Below are positions 61,196 through 64,000 of a stretch of 64,000 nucleotides of DNA, one piece after another. The stretch is taken from NCBI GenBank assembly GCA_951813565.1, contig OX638351.1, forward strand, positions 4,800,001 through 4,864,000. Reading direction: 5' to 3'. This DNA comes from an uncultured Poribacteria bacterium. GTDB taxonomy: Bacteria; Poribacteria; WGA-4E; WGA-3G. Under the pieces are notes generated by a model that saw only the letters and a list, made by a program, of their open reading frames with translations, made no database searches and was not told where the DNA came from. The position numbers and the translations under genes were made by a program. Within the stretch, counting starts at the first letter, position 1. Every line of letters begins with the position of its first letter.

Positions 61196-61990
61196 TTATT
61201 CTGCGGGTTCGGGGGTGGTTAAATCACCACTCAAGATTGAAGGACACCAGAATTTCTCAATATACTGAACGACTAACTGCGTTCCTTCTTCATGGCTCAC
61301 ATAGGGAGGCTTAAAAGGATTATACATTGCATCAGTTAAATCACGAACTAACACAACGTTGAAACCCCATCGGACCATCTGCTTAATAGCAAAGGAACGA
61401 CCCAGCACACACATATTGGTATGCACACCCATAATAATAATGTTCTGAATCTCTTTATGAGCGAGCAGGTTGTACACCTCTTGTCCGTTATCACTGATAG
61501 CATCTATGTCATCAATTTCAATTGCTGGATGTTGACGGTGCCATGCGCCATACATGTTTGTTTCACCTGTGTCTGAACCACCATCGGATGCGTCTACAGG
61601 CTGAGGTGGGTCTGGCATTTCACGTTCCTGTGGCGGTTCTGCCTTCGGAATCTCAAGTATGGCAGTACGTGCGGGATGGTCCTTATAGAAATCTATGGTA
61701 TCAGAAGGCGCATGGATTATCTGGACACCTCGTTGCCTGGCACGTTGCAGCACGATGTTCATTCGCGGTGCCATGATGTTCACGCGTTCAGTTGCTCCCC
61801 AGGACCAATGTTTATTCCACATGTCAACGACAATGATAGCGGTTTCGCCTGCTTGCCAGTTGACCTCTTCCTCAATGATTCGCCATCCGTTTCTTCCAGC
61901 AGTGCGCGCTTCCTGTCTTCGAATTGAAAGCGAAAGTGCTTCTCCGGAAGGGGTTGTGGAAAAAGCAGAACGTGCTATATCAAATATCAT
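61196..61990 (-). CDS. Isochorismatase-family cysteine hydrolase
   Basis: IIVVDMW, GVHTNMCV, VRDLTD. Confidence 0.8.
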   Translation of the reverse strand: MIFDIARSAFSTTPSGEALSLSIRRQEARTAGRNGWRIIEEEVNWQAGETAIIVVDMWNKHWSWGATERVNIMAPRMNIVLQRARQRGVQIIHAPSDTIDFYKDHPARTAILEIPKAEPPQEREMPDPPQPVDASDGGSDTGETNMYGAWHRQHPAIEIDDIDAISDNGQEVYNLLAHKEIQNIIIMGVHTNMCVLGRSFAIKQMVRWGFNVVLVRDLTDAMYNPFKPPYVSHEEGTQLVVQYIEKFWCPSILSGDLTTPEPAE

Positions 61991-62059
61991 AATTAGTGTC
62001 TCCTATAAGAAAGTTTTATAACTTTGAGTATCTTGACAAAAAATTTGCGAAGATTAACA

Positions 62060-62524
62060 TTATACCTCTTTTCGTAAAACGTACGCATCATCACCGTTGC
62101 TATAGTATCTTTTACGAATACCGTAAACTTCAAATCCGAATTGTCTGTAGAGTCCTCTTGCTGCGGTATTATTGACAGAAACTTCAAGAAATACTTCCTC
62201 TCCCGCGTTTTTCCGAACAATTTCTAATGCGGAGGCGAGTAGATATTTTGCCACACCGCATCGCCTATATTCAGAGGCTACGGCAATATTCAGGATGTGT
62301 CCTTCACAGCGGAAGATGTAAAAGACAATATATCCGATGACTTCGTTATTTAGCCGGGCAATATATAAATGCGTATATGTTTTTCTTTTACGAAGTTCCT
62401 GTTTAAAAAATGATTCAGACCATGGATCGGGGAAGGCTTCGTTTTCTATCGCCATTACCTGTTCAAGGTCTTTTTGTTGCATCTGTTCAAAGATAATTTC
62501 TGGATAAGGTTTCTCAATTGTCAT
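62060..62524 (-). CDS. rimI: Ribosomal protein S18-alanine N-acetyltransferase
   Basis: FPDPWS, HILNIAV..YRRCGVA, LEV..N..A..LY..FGF..RKRYY. Confidence 0.88.
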   Translation of the reverse strand: MTIEKPYPEIIFEQMQQKDLEQVMAIENEAFPDPWSESFFKQELRKRKTYTHLYIARLNNEVIGYIVFYIFRCEGHILNIAVASEYRRCGVAKYLLASALEIVRKNAGEEVFLEVSVNNTAARGLYRQFGFEVYGIRKRYYSNGDDAYVLRKEV

Positions 62525-62576
62525 TTTCGGAATTTTAGCATAATGGGTTTGTGGTGTCAAGAGAGTGATTGTTGGC

Positions 62577-62753
62577 GGGTGTGTAAAGTTTTTGACAAGA
62601 ACTGTCCAACTCTTATTGTAGGGGCGGGTCTCTGTGCCCGCCTGTTGCTTGGCACATCCTATGCAATGGCGGGGCACAGAGACCCGCCCTACAGTTGAAA
62701 ACGCGAAAAATTCTTCGAAAATTGAACCAACGTAACAAAATATCTACACACCC
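62577..62753. mobile_element. IS256-like MITE enclosing an inverted REP pair
   Basis: gggtgtgtaaa / tctacacaccc; flanks attgttggc / attgttggg; gtaggggcgggtctctgtgcccgcc and its inverse inside. Confidence 0.75.
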
Positions 62754-62822
62754 ATTGTTGGGGTGTGGATGTTTTCGATTCAGACAATCAGGTGTGAGGT
62801 TTTAGAAACATTTGAGAATAAA

Positions 62823-62857
62823 AGAAAAGGCAGGTAACATCTCTGCTACCTGCCTTT
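62823..62857 (-). terminator. Rho-independent terminator
   Basis: aaaggcaggta / tacctgccttt stem followed by a T-run on the minus strand, just after the 62877 stop. Confidence 0.65.
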
Positions 62858-62876
62858 GATATTGTTAATAACCTTG

Positions 62877-63863
62877 TTATTTTTTCTGTTGCAACTGACG
62901 TATCACCGCCTCTGCAAAGTCCGCATCCCAGTCTTCTGAGAGTGTGTCCCTAATGAGAGCAAGTTTCTCCGCTCTGTTGCCGGGCGTATCTTCTGATAAG
63001 ACGTTTTGGACATGCAAGGTAATAGCATTCTGCATCTGCTGCTTCTGGTTTTCAAGTGCCATCCGGTCTGACTCGGTAGGGTATAGATGTCCAAGTTCCT
63101 CTTGAGTGAGGTATGGAATTGCAAAAGCCCCAGGATATTTTTTTCTGATTTCCAATTTTAAATCAGACACCTCTCTTTTGAGATGTTCCTGCCATGTTTG
63201 CAACTTGGGTTCATCTTTCTCTGACGCCAAGTCCTTTTGAGGCGTTTGCGAAAAGCGGTTCCCCCGTCCCTCCATAAGTAGATTTCTATGAGAAGGATCA
63301 TCACGATCAGGTGCCTCATTCACGTACCTCTCGTCTGTGATGAGAGGCTCATTCTGTTTGAGCCATTGTTTGAGTCTCGCGAGTGCCTCCTGTTTCTGTT
63401 CTAAGTCGCGCGTCGCCAGCTTGCCGAAGGTATCCATTTCTTCACCAAAGCGCCGGTAATCTGCGATGGCTTTTTCTTTCTCGGCAATGAAGTTTTTGAG
63501 ATGCATCCCCCATTCTGGAGACAGTGGGTCTCCCCACTCTTTTAGATTCTCAAGTGCCATTGAAATCTCTTTTTTACTCCATTCTGGAGAGAGTCCTCTG
63601 TAACGCTTTTGGGTGTCTAAATCTAATTGAGATAAATACTCATCTTGACTGTTTTGCACCTCCGCAATAACATGTTCGATCAAAGACACGTCGGTAAGCA
63701 TAGGGTCTTTGGAGGTATCAGTGCGTTGAACTTGTTGATCTGTCGATGCACTTCTTTTTAGAGGCTTGCGTTCCTGGTCTCTCAAGGAGATAATCACCCC
63801 TATTACGACTAACATAAGAATGAGTAATCCACAAATGCTCGTTGTTCTCTGTCTTGTTGTCAT
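62877..63863 (-). CDS. Hypothetical membrane-anchored helical protein
   Basis: GAGGTG RBS, N-terminal TM helix, coiled-coil character. Confidence 0.7.
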   Translation of the reverse strand: MTTRQRTTSICGLLILMLVVIGVIISLRDQERKPLKRSASTDQQVQRTDTSKDPMLTDVSLIEHVIAEVQNSQDEYLSQLDLDTQKRYRGLSPEWSKKEISMALENLKEWGDPLSPEWGMHLKNFIAEKEKAIADYRRFGEEMDTFGKLATRDLEQKQEALARLKQWLKQNEPLITDERYVNEAPDRDDPSHRNLLMEGRGNRFSQTPQKDLASEKDEPKLQTWQEHLKREVSDLKLEIRKKYPGAFAIPYLTQEELGHLYPTESDRMALENQKQQMQNAITLHVQNVLSEDTPGNRAEKLALIRDTLSEDWDADFAEAVIRQLQQKK

Positions 63864-64000
63864 AGATGTTCACCTCACTCCACAAAGACATGCATTCAGG
63901 ATCTTCGGGAGAAAGTTTTTTTATCTCCGCGAATATCCGCTTTATCTCTGTATTTGCAGCACTTACTGCGGCAGTTGCATCATAGTAATTGCTCCATGCG

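Noticed and set aside
63864..64000. Possible 3' end of a minus-strand gene entering from the window edge
   Set aside because: The open frame runs on into the next gene and has no recognisable motif; it cannot be delimited from this window.
1..64000. tRNA/rRNA genes, prophage, integron or retron/DGR
   Set aside because: No recognisable structural RNA genes, integrase, phage structural genes or reverse transcriptase by eye; a short tRNA could have been missed without a scan.

Overview
Bacterial chromosomal window, probably Candidatus Poribacteria or a relative (inferred from a LamG protein ending in AVDPKAKLAVTWGSLKK, a PhyH dioxygenase, a stand-alone EutN/CcmL gene and a membrane-anchored hypothetical protein). 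Housekeeping and metabolic genes: hisA (partial), glyA, folC, a membrane pyrophosphatase with the Na+,H+-PPase signature, ilvD, 5-formyl-THF cyclo-ligase, rimI, Fe-ADH and two CDF transporters. Accessory blocks: (i) a ~10 kb Fur-boxed iron/heme uptake island (porin, imelysin, di-heme oxidoreductase, IsdG-like monooxygenase, TonB-dependent receptor, HmuY, hmuT, hmuU, and hmuV truncated at a MITE); (ii) a LolA-like / 2x FtsX permease / ATPase / beta-barrel / FG-GAP operon; (iii) eutN followed by a sensor kinase and an NtrC-like regulator with a degenerate AAA+ domain. Mobile DNA is dense: two IS630, two IS3, an IS50-like pseudo-element, an IS4/IS701-like element that with a 114-bp MITE appears to form a 4-kb composite transposon flanked by an 11-bp duplication, and two tnpA-deleted IS605-type TnpB elements, one inserted precisely into a dam-like methylase. 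Intergenic regions are nested mosaics of MITE shells carrying REP-like hairpins. They also contain about 14 copies of a ~30-35 bp 'AATCAAC + covarying hairpin' module, with one filled/empty site pair, that looks like an undescribed miniature mobile element. No rRNA, tRNA or CRISPR array was recognised.
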